A stretch of 63,678 bases of DNA, filler included, from Stramenopiles sp. TOSAG23-6 (taxonomy: Eukaryota): the NCBI GenBank assembly GCA_900128565.1. It is 11 parts of 11 records of this genome, joined end to end, with 100 filler letters (N's around TTAATTAATTAA, not from the genome) between each part and the next. Parts side by side here need not be neighbours in the genome. Positions count along the whole stretch, not along the records: positions 31,388 to 37,550 come from LT636762.1; positions 37,651 to 43,805 come from LT636763.1; positions 43,906 to 50,060 come from LT636764.1; 8 more parts are not named here. One strand, 5' to 3'. Position numbers and translations under genes: made by a program. The stretch's first letter is position 1. Each line of letters starts with the position of its first letter. Below are positions 35,680-48,598 of the stretch, piece by piece. Under the pieces are notes generated by a model that was not told the DNA's origin, made no database searches, and saw nothing but the letters and a program-made list of their open reading frames with translations.

Positions 35680-36041
35680 TGCGTTTAAGGTTTAGCAAAG
35701 TTTTACAATTTCAGACCATTTCTTTTTGTGTACCTGCTTCAACACGCAATTCGAAGTCAGGTCAAAACAGAAATTCTCTGAACCTAAAAATAGTCCTAAA
35801 AATAAAAAAGCCAAAAAAATTTTTAAAAAAGCCGAAAGAAAGGTATAACGAAATTTGTATACTTTTTAGTTTTTTAACACAAAATTTTGGCTAGCTAGTG
35901 GTGGTTGGCTATATCAAACAAATTAATCATAAAGAAAAGATGAAGGAAAGTAATCAATAGAAATTATTTATCCAGCTTCAAAATTTCAAATCATATAAAC
36001 ATTGAATTCTACCATAAGTACTGAATTTTTGCCATAAAAAC

Positions 36042-36503
36042 TCAGACGGTATCTTCGATAATTTCATTTGTTAATAGGTCTAATTGCTCTTTCAACATAT
36101 CCATTTGTATTTTCATATCCTGGTTTTCGTTAAAAACCACTGACAGTTCACCTTTCATTGTATTTACCATATTTTTTAATGTATACAGAGTATTCGTGGT
36201 GCTTTCCTCAAATGTGTGAATTCGATGTTCTAAAGCGACCCTAGAGGCTGCTGCATCTGCACTACATTCAGTCACAACATCAACTGTTGCTGTTTTATGT
36301 GCTGCTAACGACTTGGTTAGTTCATTCATTTTTTGTTCAAGTTTTTGTGTTTCTTCTGCCCAGTGGGAAAGGCTATGTGATATAATCTCGGTTTTGCTAC
36401 GACGATGGAGGTGAAGTTTAGCCCTTGCTCGTAAAGTTGCAATCTTTGCCTCGTGTGCTTCACGGTCAAGTTTGTGTTTATCATTTGAAGGAAAATTTGG
36501 CAT
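36042..36503 (-). CDS. Coiled-coil hypothetical protein
   Basis: 153-aa ATG-initiated ORF with a heptad pattern. Confidence 0.6.
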   Translation of the reverse strand: MPNFPSNDKHKLDREAHEAKIATLRARAKLHLHRRSKTEIISHSLSHWAEETQKLEQKMNELTKSLAAHKTATVDVVTECSADAAASRVALEHRIHTFEESTTNTLYTLKNMVNTMKGELSVVFNENQDMKIQMDMLKEQLDLLTNEIIEDTV

Positions 36504-36841
36504 TTCTATTGGTTGACGATAATTGATAATGATGACTTGATATCTCTTTATTTCTTATTATAAATGCAATAGAAAGAATTCGATGAGTGGTAGTGTAACC
36601 TGGTTCAATGGAAACAACCAAGTGTTGTATGTAATGGAAGTTAAACCCAGGTACTAGTAGGACACCTATACCGATAAAGGCTTAAAAAGTCAGAAAGTGG
36701 ACGACGGTTAAAATTTTAAAATCAAGTTAAAATGTAACCACCAAATTTGACAAAAAGTTCTTTAGCCTACTACATCAGTATAGTTCACGCAGTAGTCATA
36801 CAGTGAAATTTGGTACAGTAGTAAGCGCACCACAGTAAAAT

Positions 36842-37174
36842 ATGTCTGCTTATTCGCCAGCATTTGAGACACAGACTGCTCCAACTGTTCGTGTTCAGCA
36901 GAAAAATGACAGTAAGCAGCAGTCATTTGCGTCGAGTGAATATGTCGGACGTCATTCAAGGCAAAATAATCTTCAAACATTGAAAGAAAAGAAAGAAAAA
37001 AAAGCTTTTGCAACAGCAATTCATGGCGATAAAGAAATAGAGTCTCTTCAGAAAAACAAGAAAGAATTCAAATTAACGGATGTAGGTAAATCAGTATGGC
37101 AACCGCAGGAATCTCTTGTAAAATCTATGCAAGACGGAAAAGAAAAAGCCCGTAAGAAACGTTTACGCCGTTGA
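36842..37174 (+). CDS. Small basic hypothetical protein
   Basis: 110-aa ORF divergent from 36503. Confidence 0.5.
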   Translation: MSAYSPAFETQTAPTVRVQQKNDSKQQSFASSEYVGRHSRQNNLQTLKEKKEKKAFATAIHGDKEIESLQKNKKEFKLTDVGKSVWQPQESLVKSMQDGKEKARKKRLRR

Positions 37175-37505
37175 AAGCGTTGCTGTGAACATAAAAAGGT
37201 ACAAAAAGTAGTCATTTTATTTTTTTTCATTTTCGATAGGAGTCCTCAAATACTCATTGTATACTCCATTCCTGATTTTTGAAGAGTTTCTTTACATTTA
37301 GTATGAAACTTAATTTTCGCAGATGTACAATGAGAAATATCTTTTGAACTGCCACAAAAAGGTGGCATAAACATTAATACCAATTACTACATTCTCAAAT
37401 GTCACGATTGACAAAAATGTAAGATCTGGAAAATATTATGTATCGGATAATGTATACGTGTACTAGATACTATGTGTAAGTCATATACAGTAGAAATTTC
37501 ATATG

Positions 37506-37550
<45 letters not shown>

Positions 37551-37650
37551 NNNNNNNNNNNNNNNNNNNNNNNNNNNNNNNNNNNNNNNNNNNNTTAATT
37601 AATTAANNNNNNNNNNNNNNNNNNNNNNNNNNNNNNNNNNNNNNNNNNNN

Positions 37651-38452
37651 TTTTTTTTTTTTTTTTTTTTTTTTTAGTTAGTTAGGTACAAAATTTACTA
37701 CAAAAAAAAATTTTAAAAAAATTTAAAAAAAATTTTAAAAAACATACTTTGTGTAAATGTAATACGACTAGTAAGAAATCGAATTTTTTGAGTAATTTTG
37801 ACTTTTTTACTATCTAAAAAGTAATGTACTGCTTCTACATGATTCCGTATAATACTTGTTACTAAAGGTGATCGACTTTTTAATAAGAAAAAATATTGTA
37901 CATTCAAAAATTTGATTTTTTTTGTTAGGTACAAATTTTTCTATAAAAAAAAAAATTACATTTGAAATTCATTATTAGGGTTAGGGTTAACACACATCAT
38001 GATCTTTTTGATTCACACTAACACCAGAGTCTAACAGAAGTTTGATTGTGGGGAAGTGTTTTCGTTTCGCAGCACGATGAAGAGAATTTTCACCTGTACA
38101 AGTGGTGACATTAACATTTGCTCCATTTTCAATTAATAGTTTAATGGCTTCAAAATGGTTTGCACATAGAAGAGGTGTAAAACAATTTGTTGATCGTGCG
38201 TTCACAAGGCTTCCTTTAGATATCAAGTATCTCATCATTTCTACTTGTCCGTGTAAAGCTGCGATATGAAGTGCAGTATAATTCTGTGGGTCTCGAAGAT
38301 TCACGTTGACTTTTTTAAAGAGTAGTAGCTCATCAACTGCTTCGATTGAACCAATCTTTGCCGCATCATGAAGCCTTTTTGTCATGTGATACCAAACATA
38401 CGGTTGTCTCTCGTGAGTATGTGTTGCGTGTACAATTGCAATGAACGCAAAA
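37651..38452 (-). CDS. Ankyrin-repeat protein with signal peptide, spliced and 3'-truncated
   Basis: LHDAAKIG, TALHIAALHG, TPLLCA and SLHRAAKR repeats. Family introns at about 37877-37995 and 37651-37747. The start is approximate. Confidence 0.8.
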
Positions 38453-39796
38453 CTTATTATTAGATATAGCATATCAACTACGTGAGTTTGTTTTTCTCTA
38501 AAATTTGTTTACTATATTTCTTTTTTTTTTTTTTTGCTATTTTTTTGTGTTTTGAATATGTTTTTCAGGTTTGTTCCAATAAAAAAAAATGGAATGAATT
38601 CCATCAAGTGCAAATTAATTATTCGTTGTTGTTTGTTGTTTGTTCAACTCTTACGCCTAGCTAGTAGTACTACTACTAAATAATAGTAGAGACTATTAGA
38701 GACTATACGACTGTATACTCGGCCGCATATCAACATTTGCTCCTTGCTATATATATATATATATATTCATTTTAAAGAGTTGCTATTGTTACAAACAGTA
38801 AGTATTTTTGTGTTGAGAAATTGTATAAACAATCACGGTATGTCAAGTGTATCACAAGACCTTGCGAAAACTATCGGGCAGAATAATGATCTTGAAGTTC
38901 TTCAACAACAACAAAAAGAGACGCACAGTCTTGAACAACGGAGAGAAGTTGACAAAGACTTAAAACGTGAAGAAAGAAATGATGAGTCAACGTCTTCAGA
39001 TGATGATGAATTTTGGATGGAAAGTTATATAAAGCAAACAACAGAAAATTGCCGTAAATGACTATAACTCTCTTCTTTTACCGAGTAATATATAAATTAG
39101 AATAGAGAGAAGAGACAAATATTAGCTACAGTAGCCAAGGTGGGTATGTGTTTGCTTACCTGTACTGATCATAAGTGTACTGCTTTTTGCTGGTCACAAC
39201 TGTAATGATGATCATTACTATTCATAAATGGTCATAAATGTACTAATAATACTACGGCGCTACAAGTAACGAATGATCAAATGACATTCATTCATACAAA
39301 AATCAATACAAATAGAGTAACCCTAACCCTACAAGCATTGATGCGACTACAGCATAATAAGAAAAATCTCATTAATCAATGACAGTATAGTAAATAATGA
39401 GAAAACTACATTTCGATTAAATTAAATTGTAAGAGGAAATGAGTGTAGTAGGGTTAGGGTTACAAGTACGTGAATTGTTGTAGAGAGATTCATTTTTTTA
39501 AAGTAGAATGAAAAAAGTATAGAAATCTATTTTGATGGAAAAAAAGGATCAAATATATTATATGTATATTACTTTTTTTCTTGAACCAAAGAATTTCTAA
39601 AAAAGGTTGGACATACAACAAATACTATACCCAAAACATTGACTGACTCTATCAAAAATCATTTAAAAAAAAAAAAATAAAAAAAAATTTTACTTTCAAT
39701 TTTTTTCATCCATAATTTGAAAATTCAAAATATATACATTTATTATTGTACTGATTGTTGTATTTCAGTAGAATACTAAATAAATATTTAGGTATA

Positions 39797-41246
39797 TTAT
39801 TGTATTGAATATGTAGAAAGTTGTACAATTTCCTTTGAAGCACGAAATAATAAAAAAATACCAACAATGGCCCAAATACTTGGAAAAAACACGAAACCTA
39901 ACCAAAATTCAAAAATAATTTTTGGTGTTGTGAAACTTTCACCTGATATAATTTCTTTCATTGTAGGTACATGACCAATACATGGAAATCCTGCAACAAT
40001 TTCACTTAGATAAAAATACCATACACCTAAAATTGATAACATATTAAACATAATTTCTATTGGTATTCTCAAATGTTTAACAAAATGACCAAAATTTTTT
40101 TTTTCATGTTTTTCGTGTTTTTTGTATTTACAATGATATGCAATATATAAAAAAATACCAAATGGACATTGAAATAAAATTTCTTGTAGTGATGTTATAA
40201 ATACTACAGAACCAGCATATGAACATACAATGTAAAAAAATATTTCAGATATTTAAAATTTGTTAGGTATGAAATTTTGTATGAAAAAAAAAAAAATTAA
40301 TTCAAAACAATTTCATTCAAAAAAATTAGGGTTAGGGTTAATAAAACAATACATGAATTATTTGATGGTTTATAGCGTGGATCAAGAGTATTATATTGTG
40401 ACGTCATTAGTGGCCATGTAAAGTGAAACATTTTTTCATTATTTGATATTTATTAGATATTTTAAAGTTTCTTATTGGACATTGAAATAAAGATTGAAAT
40501 TAAATTCGAAATTGAAAAATAAAAATTGAAAATAAATTCGAAATTGAAGACCTACATTGTTGAAATTGTCCTGCAAAGACATCCATCATACTATTAAAAA
40601 AACAACCATTAAATAAATACCATCTTGATATATATATATCAGTTATACTTAATTGAGATTTTTGTGATTTTTGTGTTTTTTGTGTTTTTTGTGTTGTTTG
40701 GTGATAATGATGAGTACAATAAATTGTCAGACAACCAACCAATGACCAAAATAAAAGTGGCCAAGCTGTGATAAAAGAGATGAATTCATGTTTTGTTGCT
40801 AATTGAAAATGATCGTCTCGCCAAATCAGTGGAATAGGAAGAATTGACGCAACGAAAATTGAGGTTGGGTCAATAATGAAACCAAAACAACTAAAAAAAG
40901 GACATTTTTTTTGTTGAATTGCGTTGCTTTCATTAGTATTCACAGTTTTGAAATCGTCCATTGAAGATTTTGAAGATTGTATATTCATATTCTCTTTGTT
41001 TTGTCGTTTACGTAAACGGTAAATAACACTGTTATATTCCGCATCGGATGAGGAATCAAAATCTGAAGAAATTTCCTCATTCATATCATAATCAGCTTCA
41101 GCTTTGCGAAGAGCTTCACGAAGAACAATTGTTTTCTTATTTGCAGGAATTCCTAATGCTTTACATCGCCATTGTAACTGTGCACGAGTCAATTGATCAA
41201 TGTCATCCACTGTGTCAAATTGAGGATTTCTTCTAGAGGATACCAT
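39797..41246 (-). CDS. SAP-like domain plus EBP/EXPERA-like multi-TM protein (introns 40416-40555, 40225-40352)
   Basis: LTRAQLQWRCKALGIPANKKTIVLREAL (SAP-like); WYLFNG...QYNTLDPRY...WAIV (EBP-like). Exons join in frame at AT-ending introns. Confidence 0.65.
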
Positions 41247-41497
41247 GATTTTTATACGCTTATATAATATTATGATGAAGTGTGTGTGATTAGTACTTTA
41301 TAAAATGATAGGGGGATATAGTATTTGCAAAGCAAACACGAAAAATCAAAATAAAAGAGAGACCCGGGTAACAAAAAATCGAGTGGTCAAATGCAAAAAT
41401 GAAAAAAAAACACGGCAAGTCAAAACACAGTCGTCTTTGTCTTTGTGTGTCTACGTCAAATATTGAGAGATAATATAATAGTTGTCATAATTCGATC

Positions 41498-43805
41498 ATG
41501 GCTGCAAAGCATGGTAATGAGGCTGATTTAAGTGAACCATCCACAAATATTGTTGTTTGTGATAATGGAACTGGCTTTGTACGTTTTTATAACCGTGTTT
41601 GTCCCCCCCTTTATGAATTGTAGTACTATTTCGTCTCTTTGTTACATTAGTTTCACTGTTTAGTTTCCATTTGACTTGTCAACAGTGTACTAACATCTTC
41701 TTTCAATATATAATAACACAAACTTTACAGGTTAAATGCGGATACGCTGGTGATAACTTTCCTCGCCATGAATTTGCATCAATGGTAGGTCGTCCAATGC
41801 TTCGCGCTGAAGAAGGAGATATTGGTGATATCAAATTAAAAGATGTCATGGTCGGCGACGAAGCAGAAAAAGCCAGAAAGTATTTAGAAATTCGATATCC
41901 TGTTGATGAAGGTATTGTAAAACATTGGGAAGATATGGAACATTTGTACGACTACACCTTTCATGATAAACTTAACCTTCCAAGCGTTTGTCAAGGCAAT
42001 CGAATTATGCTGACGGAAGCTCCACTCAATCCAAAAAAAAATAAGGAAAAATTTTGTGAGTATATGTTTGAAAAATATGGATTTGCTAGTATGCAAGTAC
42101 AAACTCAAGCAATGCTTACTTTATATGCACAAGGTTTATTAACTGGTGTTGTTTTGGATTCTGGTGATGGTGTTACTCATGTGGTTGCGGTGTATGATGG
42201 TTATGTCCCTCAACAACTTACTCGTATGTTTTTTTTTTTTTGGGGTTTTGGTACGAAATTTCATACCTAACAAATTTTCAAAATTTTTTATTTTTTTTTC
42301 AAAATTTTATTTTTTTTTCAATTTTGTTTTTATTCTCTCTATAATAATATTTTTTTTTGTTTGTACAACTAACAATATTCATTCATTTTGATAGACTATT
42401 CTACACTAAAGGACGTCTTAATTTAGCTGGTCGGCACGTTACCCGGCACCTCATTGAACAATTACAAATGAGAGGATATGTACGTTTTTTTTTTTTTTTT
42501 TGCATAATTTTTTTTTCGTACGTAATTTTGTACCTAACCAAAAAAAAAAAAAATTGTACAAAAAAAATATTTTTTCATAATATATGCTTTTAATAGCACA
42601 GCTGATTTTGAAACGGTTCGTCGAGTAAAGGAAGATATATGTTATGTAGCATATGATGTAAAAAAAGAAAGACAATTGGCTGAAGAGACGACTGCATGTA
42701 TGTTATTATCATTTTATCATTTATATTTTTTTATATTTTTGAAATTTTTGAAAATTTTTTTTTTGAAATTTTTAAAATTTTAAAATTTTTTTGAATTTTT
42801 GGATGAATCAAATTCGTTTTTTTTTCATCTATCCAATTTCAAGGATCCAAAATTTTAAACACCATTCAATACAATCCTCAACAAATATATACTTTAGAGT
42901 TTTTTTATTTTAGATTCAAAAAAAAAACGTAAATGAATATTTTCATGATTCATTTCAAATTAATTTCAATTTTTTTTTTTTTTTTTTTTCATACGAAATT
43001 TCATACCTAACAAAAAAAAATGTCCAAAAAAAAAAAAAATATTTTTTCACAGTATTGTAATGAAAGAGTATAAATTACCAGATGGACGAATCATTACTGC
43101 TGGGCGAGAACGATTTGAAGTAGCTGAATTGATGTTTACACCTGAAAATGGAGGTGTTACTGGAGATGGTGTGTCTGATATGATGTATGTTTTTTTTTTT
43201 GATTTCGTGTTTTTTTTTAAATATTTTTTTCATACGAAATTTTGTACGTAACAAAAAATAATAATATTGTACAATATTTTTCAAAATACATATTTAATAT
43301 GATTCAATCAGCGGAAATTGATTTAAGAATGGATCTGTATAAACATATTGTGTTATCAGGCGGATCTACTATGTACGTTATTATTATTATTATAATTGTT
43401 TTTTTCATATATTTTTTTGTACAAAAAATTTCAAAAAAAAGTTAAATTTTTTTTTTTTTTTAGATTTTTTTTTTTTTTAGAATTTTTTTTTTTTTTTGTA
43501 TACCAAATAATATTTCTAAAAAAATGTAATACTATACATTATTTTTAAACAATACATGTTTCCTGGTTTTCCAACACGTGTTGAAAAAGATATGAAAACG
43601 CGATATTTAAATGAAATTTTGCATGGTGATAAAAGGAAATTGAGTAAATTCAGATTAGGTATCGAAGATCCACCACGAAGGAAAAATATGTACGTTTTTT
43701 TATTTCATGATGAATTTCAAATTTTTTTTTTTTTTTTTGTATGAAATTTTCGTACTAAAAAAAAAAATTTTTTATTTTTTTTTTTTTTTTACCCGAAATT
43801 TTTTT
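41498..43805 (+). CDS. ARP2: Actin-related protein 2, 7 introns, 3'-truncated
   Basis: [70 protein letters not shown]. Introns: 41579-41730 (GT-AG), 42224-42411 (GT-AG), 42480-42585 (GT-AT), 42698-43057 (GT-TG), 43185-43291 (GT-AT), 43373-43557 (GT-AT), and one starting at 43690. Confidence 0.95.
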
Positions 43806-43905
43806 NNNNNNNNNNNNNNNNNNNNNNNNNNNNNNNNNNNNNNNNNNNNTTAATTAATTAANNNNNNNNNNNNNNNNNNNNNNNNNNNNNNNNNNNNNNN
43901 NNNNN

Positions 43906-44641
43906 TTTTGGAAAAATATTTCAAAAAAAATTCGTTAGGTACAAAATTTCGTATGAAAAATAAATTAGAAATTGAAAAAAAAAATAAAACATACATGTGT
44001 TGTACTTACTTCTGAGTCCTTGGATAGTGAAACTCCGCCTCGAGTAAACTTACGTCCCGTTGATGTATTGTGAAAAATATTTTTTTTTCGTAAAAAAAAC
44101 TCGTTAGGTACGAAGTTTGGTACAAAAAAAATAAATTCGAAATTGATAATGAAAACGTACACCTTCCGAGCATGATTGGTTTCCCATCAAGGCGAGGTTT
44201 TAATTTCCAAGTCCTGTCCGTATATGGACCCTCAATGCATTTCAAATGTACATCAAATATACCCCTTGTAATGTTTGCTCTAATACTTGCGTTATTTTTA
44301 GAATCACGCGAGTCAGCTAATACACCCAAAGCAATATCTCGTTGGCGCCCAAATTCGTTCCGGAAAAACTCAATTTGGGCCTCTGTTCGAGCGGTAAGAC
44401 TTCCAATCAAAGATTCTGTATACGCAGCAAGGTATTCCTCAACTGTTGCATTCTTTGGACATTCACGAGTTGCCCTTGCCATAGCATCACGCATAACCAC
44501 ATTAGACGAAGCTCCTGATGAAGAAGTAGAAACACAACACCCAGCCGTTAAGGATGGCACTGTTGTGCTATTAATTATATTGCGCGTATTATTATTTTCA
44601 GATCCCCTTCTCCTTCTACTTTTCACTACTGTATCTTGCAT
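43906..44641 (-). CDS. FHA-domain protein, 3'-truncated (introns 44063-44160, 43906-43994)
   Basis: LKCIEGP...IMLGR|STG...SLSKDSEVSTTH matches the FHA GR...S..H signature. Confidence 0.8.
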
Positions 44642-45067
44642 ATTGTTGAATTAATCTATTTTGTAGCGATCTCGTATAATCTAAATTGCACTGAAGAAAG
44701 AAGAGAAAGATTCACCAAGAAAAAGTGAACAACTTGTCATTCGAAATTTCGAAATTATCGCAAAAAAATTTAATCTCAAAAATTTTCGATTTATAGGTAC
44801 CGGGTACACACGGCACACTTTCATTTTTGCTATTTTTTCATGACATGATGGCCGTAAAGCTGAATCGATTGTTGATGTTCGTGACATGACATGATTGGTC
44901 TGACACTCGGCAAGACGCTGTCCACTTTAGTTTTGGTTAACATTGATTTCTATTTATTTGTTTGCGATATTTTTGGAGAATAGCTTTTCATAGTTGTTAT
45001 TTTGTTGATAGCCCTATACATAAGAGTTACTGTGTCATTCGTATAGACTTCTTTGGCACTTGATACA

Positions 45068-47577
45068 ATGGAAGCTGCAGATCAATCCTTCAAGACGAAA
45101 CCCAACAAAGAAAAGAGCGCAATAAAAGCGGAGTGTTCTTTGACTTCGGGACCATCGGAATTCACTATGCCACCAACATCGAATAGGCATCTTCCGACTG
45201 CAGCGGTAAAAATTTTGAAAGGTACGTAACTTCATTAAATATTCGTTTTCGCCGGGTCAGCTTTGTGTTTTCGTGTGCTTTTGTTTCTTAATTTCGTTTT
45301 TCATTCTGCTTGATATAGATTAGTCGTTCTCATTTTCATTATCTTTCATCATGTATATATTTAAAATCACAGATTGGATGATGTCCGAAGAGCATTTTAT
45401 GCACCCGTATCCTTCAGATGCTGAAAAGCAGGAGTTGGTTGCGAAAACAGGAATCCGCCTGAAACAGCTCAACAATTGGTTCACCAACGCTCGGAAACGT
45501 ATCTGGCGCCCAGTTTTTGATTCACGTTTAGCTGCGCAGTCAAAATCACCACATTCTAATAATCCGTGTATAATATCTCCAATGAACAAAATGCCTGCTG
45601 GTGCCTCGAATAATTCTCCTTTTGGTTGGTCTATGCCAAGACGTCGTAGTGAAGTGGATGCTTTGTATGGGCTTACAGTTTTAGGCAGCGGCGAGACAGG
45701 AAATTCATCAGCATATTCTACAGCATCTGGTTCTACGACACCTTTAAAACAAAACGAAGCGCCCAATGTAATTCCCGGTATATATATGCAGAACATGCGC
45801 CAATGCTTTAAAAATGGTCCCGTAGGAAATATTTTTTTTTTAGTATTTTTTTTTTTCATACGAAATTTTGTACCTAACAATTTTTTTAAGTTTTTTTTTG
45901 AAATATTTTTCCAAAATACATTCCGTGAACTCTGCTACTATTGCTGAGTATGATGCGAAAGGTACAAAAACAATCGATGGTAAAACGAAACCATTGACCT
46001 GTGATACGAATTCCGTACCTAATTATCAAAATACACCCAAGAAAGAAAATATCGGGAGTATTTCGAGCTGTACTAATTTGGTCAAAAATGACAATTCTCA
46101 GTTACCTGTGACGCCAATAAATAATACAACTGTTGCAATGAATAAAGTCGCCATTCCGTTCACACCAACTGTACCCTACAGTAGTCCACTCACTAAGGAG
46201 AGGATTGAAAGTTTTTTTCAAAGTAACATTCAGCATTCTCCTAATGTAAATAATATGGAACATAATGTGTCTAAAGATGGCGATGCAGCTGCAAAGACTT
46301 TTCCGACACCGGCTAATGTTTCTACACAAACTAAAGTCTTGTCTCATCTTAACCAAAATCAGGTTACATCTAAATTTGATAATACATTGAATTCATCTAG
46401 AGATGTTGAATCATCTAGTAATCATTTGAGTAAGACAGTACTTACGTGTAAGACGAGTGAAGAATCTCCAATGGGACATACTGGAAATATTCCTCGAAGT
46501 GTTACTCCACAAACTGCTAACTCTCTTAATGGAAATGTTACCTTTTGTGTTACTCCTCCGATTACGATGACATCATCTTCAAATACAAATATCTCTGAGG
46601 TTTCTTCAACAACATCAGTATCTAAGAAAACTTCACCTCAGCTTCCTCCAGGCAAGAAACGATGCCTCTCGCTATCTGATGGAAGTAACATATATGTATC
46701 TTATGCGGGTGAAAAAAGATCTAAAAAATGTGATAGTAGTAATCCATCAAGTGATAACTGGGATCCTTTTGCAACTTTGATGGCTTCGGCTGTTGTCCAA
46801 CCTATAACCTCAACAGATTCCCAAGAGTTAAAAAACAATGATGAAAATGTGAAAGAAAATACATCATCTAAGAATTCAACTTTAGTATCTACAAAGAAGA
46901 GATTATCGATAGATGTTGAAGCCGCAAAAAGTCGAATTAAACGAAATCGCGTCTCCAGTAGTGAAATTGGCGCTGATATGCTTGTACGTATGTCGTCATT
47001 ATCTGAATCGCCCAATCTTGCTGCTTCAAAAACTGCCACCCATTCAAATGCAAGTGTTCCAATTTTGATAAATCCTTCATTAAATGATAATCTGGGTACA
47101 AAAGATGTCACACAACTTGCTGCTGGGTATTCAAAGCTAAATGAAAGCCAATTATCAGAATTATCAAAATCAATATTAGAGGGGCAATTACCAACAAATA
47201 CGCCCTTTGTAAATATGCCAGTGTTTGATAAAAATGGAAATCCAGTTTTCCATTTTTCAGAATTCCCACCAATGCCTTCTCAATTTAAGACACCAAAACC
47301 GAAGAAAGTGTATGTTTTATATGAATTTCTATTTTTTTTTCATACGAAATTTCGTACCTAACGAATTTTTTTTGAAATATTTTTCAAAATACAACTTTCA
47401 CCACTACCTTTTCGTGCACATTTACAAGCTTTTCTAAATTTAGCTAAACAAAAATCTATTTCTGATGGGCTCTCATCGGCGTTATTAATTATGCGTGATG
47501 AGGATAATAAGAGCAAAGATAAAATTCGGGGAATAGCAAAAANTCGCAANTCAAAAAAAANAAAAANAANGCGCATA
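45068..47577 (+). CDS. TALE-class homeodomain transcription factor (introns 45222-45372 GT-AG, 45822-45921 GT-AT, 47310 to about 47394); 3' end uncertain
   Basis: LPTAAVKILK|DWMMSEEHFMHPYPSDAEKQEL...QLNNWFTNARKRIW, with the PYP loop. Confidence 0.85.
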
Positions 47578-47654
47578 ANAACAAAAATGATTCAACACAA
47601 ATTTTATCAAAATCAGAAGAGCGAAAAAAATTTCATTTATTAGCGATTCAGAAA

Positions 47655-48392
47655 ATGTCGCAATTAGAATTTCGTGCATTTTTTCATACTTGTTCAACTG
47701 CGGTGTGTTTTATTTTTGTTCAATTTCGATTTGTTTTTTTTGACGAAATTTCGTACCTAACAAATTTTACAAAAAAACATATTTTTTCACAATATATGTA
47801 ATGTATATAATACCATTGTTTGTCACATTACTATTTGGACTACTAGTTTATCACTTCAATTTTGCTAGAGAGANTCAATTGTCTATGAAATATGATGATA
47901 TCGTCGCATCGAAAACATCGAATAATAATTCGACTTGTANGTTTTCAAAATATTTTTCAAAATATTTTTACCTATATTTTTTNACTATGAAAATTCCAAA
48001 CCTAAGAAATTATTTTACTACAGAAAATATTTTTTCACCACCCATATTACTCCAACAACTCCAGCCATTCAGAGATATCCCAGAGTATGCTTTCATCAGA
48101 TGNTTTTGTAGATGATTCAATGAAACATCCTTCATTTCATTTTATACTAAAAAAGGTAATGTTCTGGAGCAGTCATTCGAATAAAATGGCAAATTCTCAA
48201 TCCTTCGAAGAAATTACTGAAAATGAAATTTTTGTTATGGAAAGAAATGCAAAGAAATTGATTTCCCTATTGGCTATACCTATGAATATTTATCAATCAA
48301 TATTTGGTTTTGCTCTTTATTGGTGTATTGCAAATTCTGCNATGCTTTCTTTTTTTGGTGTCGTTTTTTATTTGTATTCGAATAAAAATTGA
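47655..48392 (+). CDS. Hypothetical membrane protein, low-quality sequence (intron 47703-47797, GT-AT)
   Basis: MSQLEFRAFFHTCSTA|VMYIIPLF joins in frame across a family copy. Ns and a frame break lie downstream. Confidence 0.4.
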
Positions 48393-48598
48393 GACTTTTT
48401 GAAAAATTTCAGTATATTTTTGAAAATTTATAATTAATACAAAGATATCAGATCAGCTGTTCACCACGCCTTATTTTTTAAAATAATTGAATCACTCTCT
48501 TACAATGCAAATGTTATTCACTCTTTTTGAAATTCGTCTATTTTATAGAGATTGTATCAAATTTGTATATCAAATTTGTATACNAAACAAAAAATATA

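Noticed and set aside
37507-37675. Poly-A and poly-T tracts suggesting retroposition
   Set aside because: They are homopolymers at contig ends, typical of this genome's introns and of assembly breakpoints.
37870-37995. Possible GT-AA intron in the ankyrin gene
   Set aside because: A 2-nt shift gives an equally long canonical GT-AG intron (DHDVRSPL), so it is uninformative.
47308-47400. Possible AA-ending intron in the homeobox gene
   Set aside because: No conserved protein motif fixes the frame. Several junctions or a chimeric join are possible.
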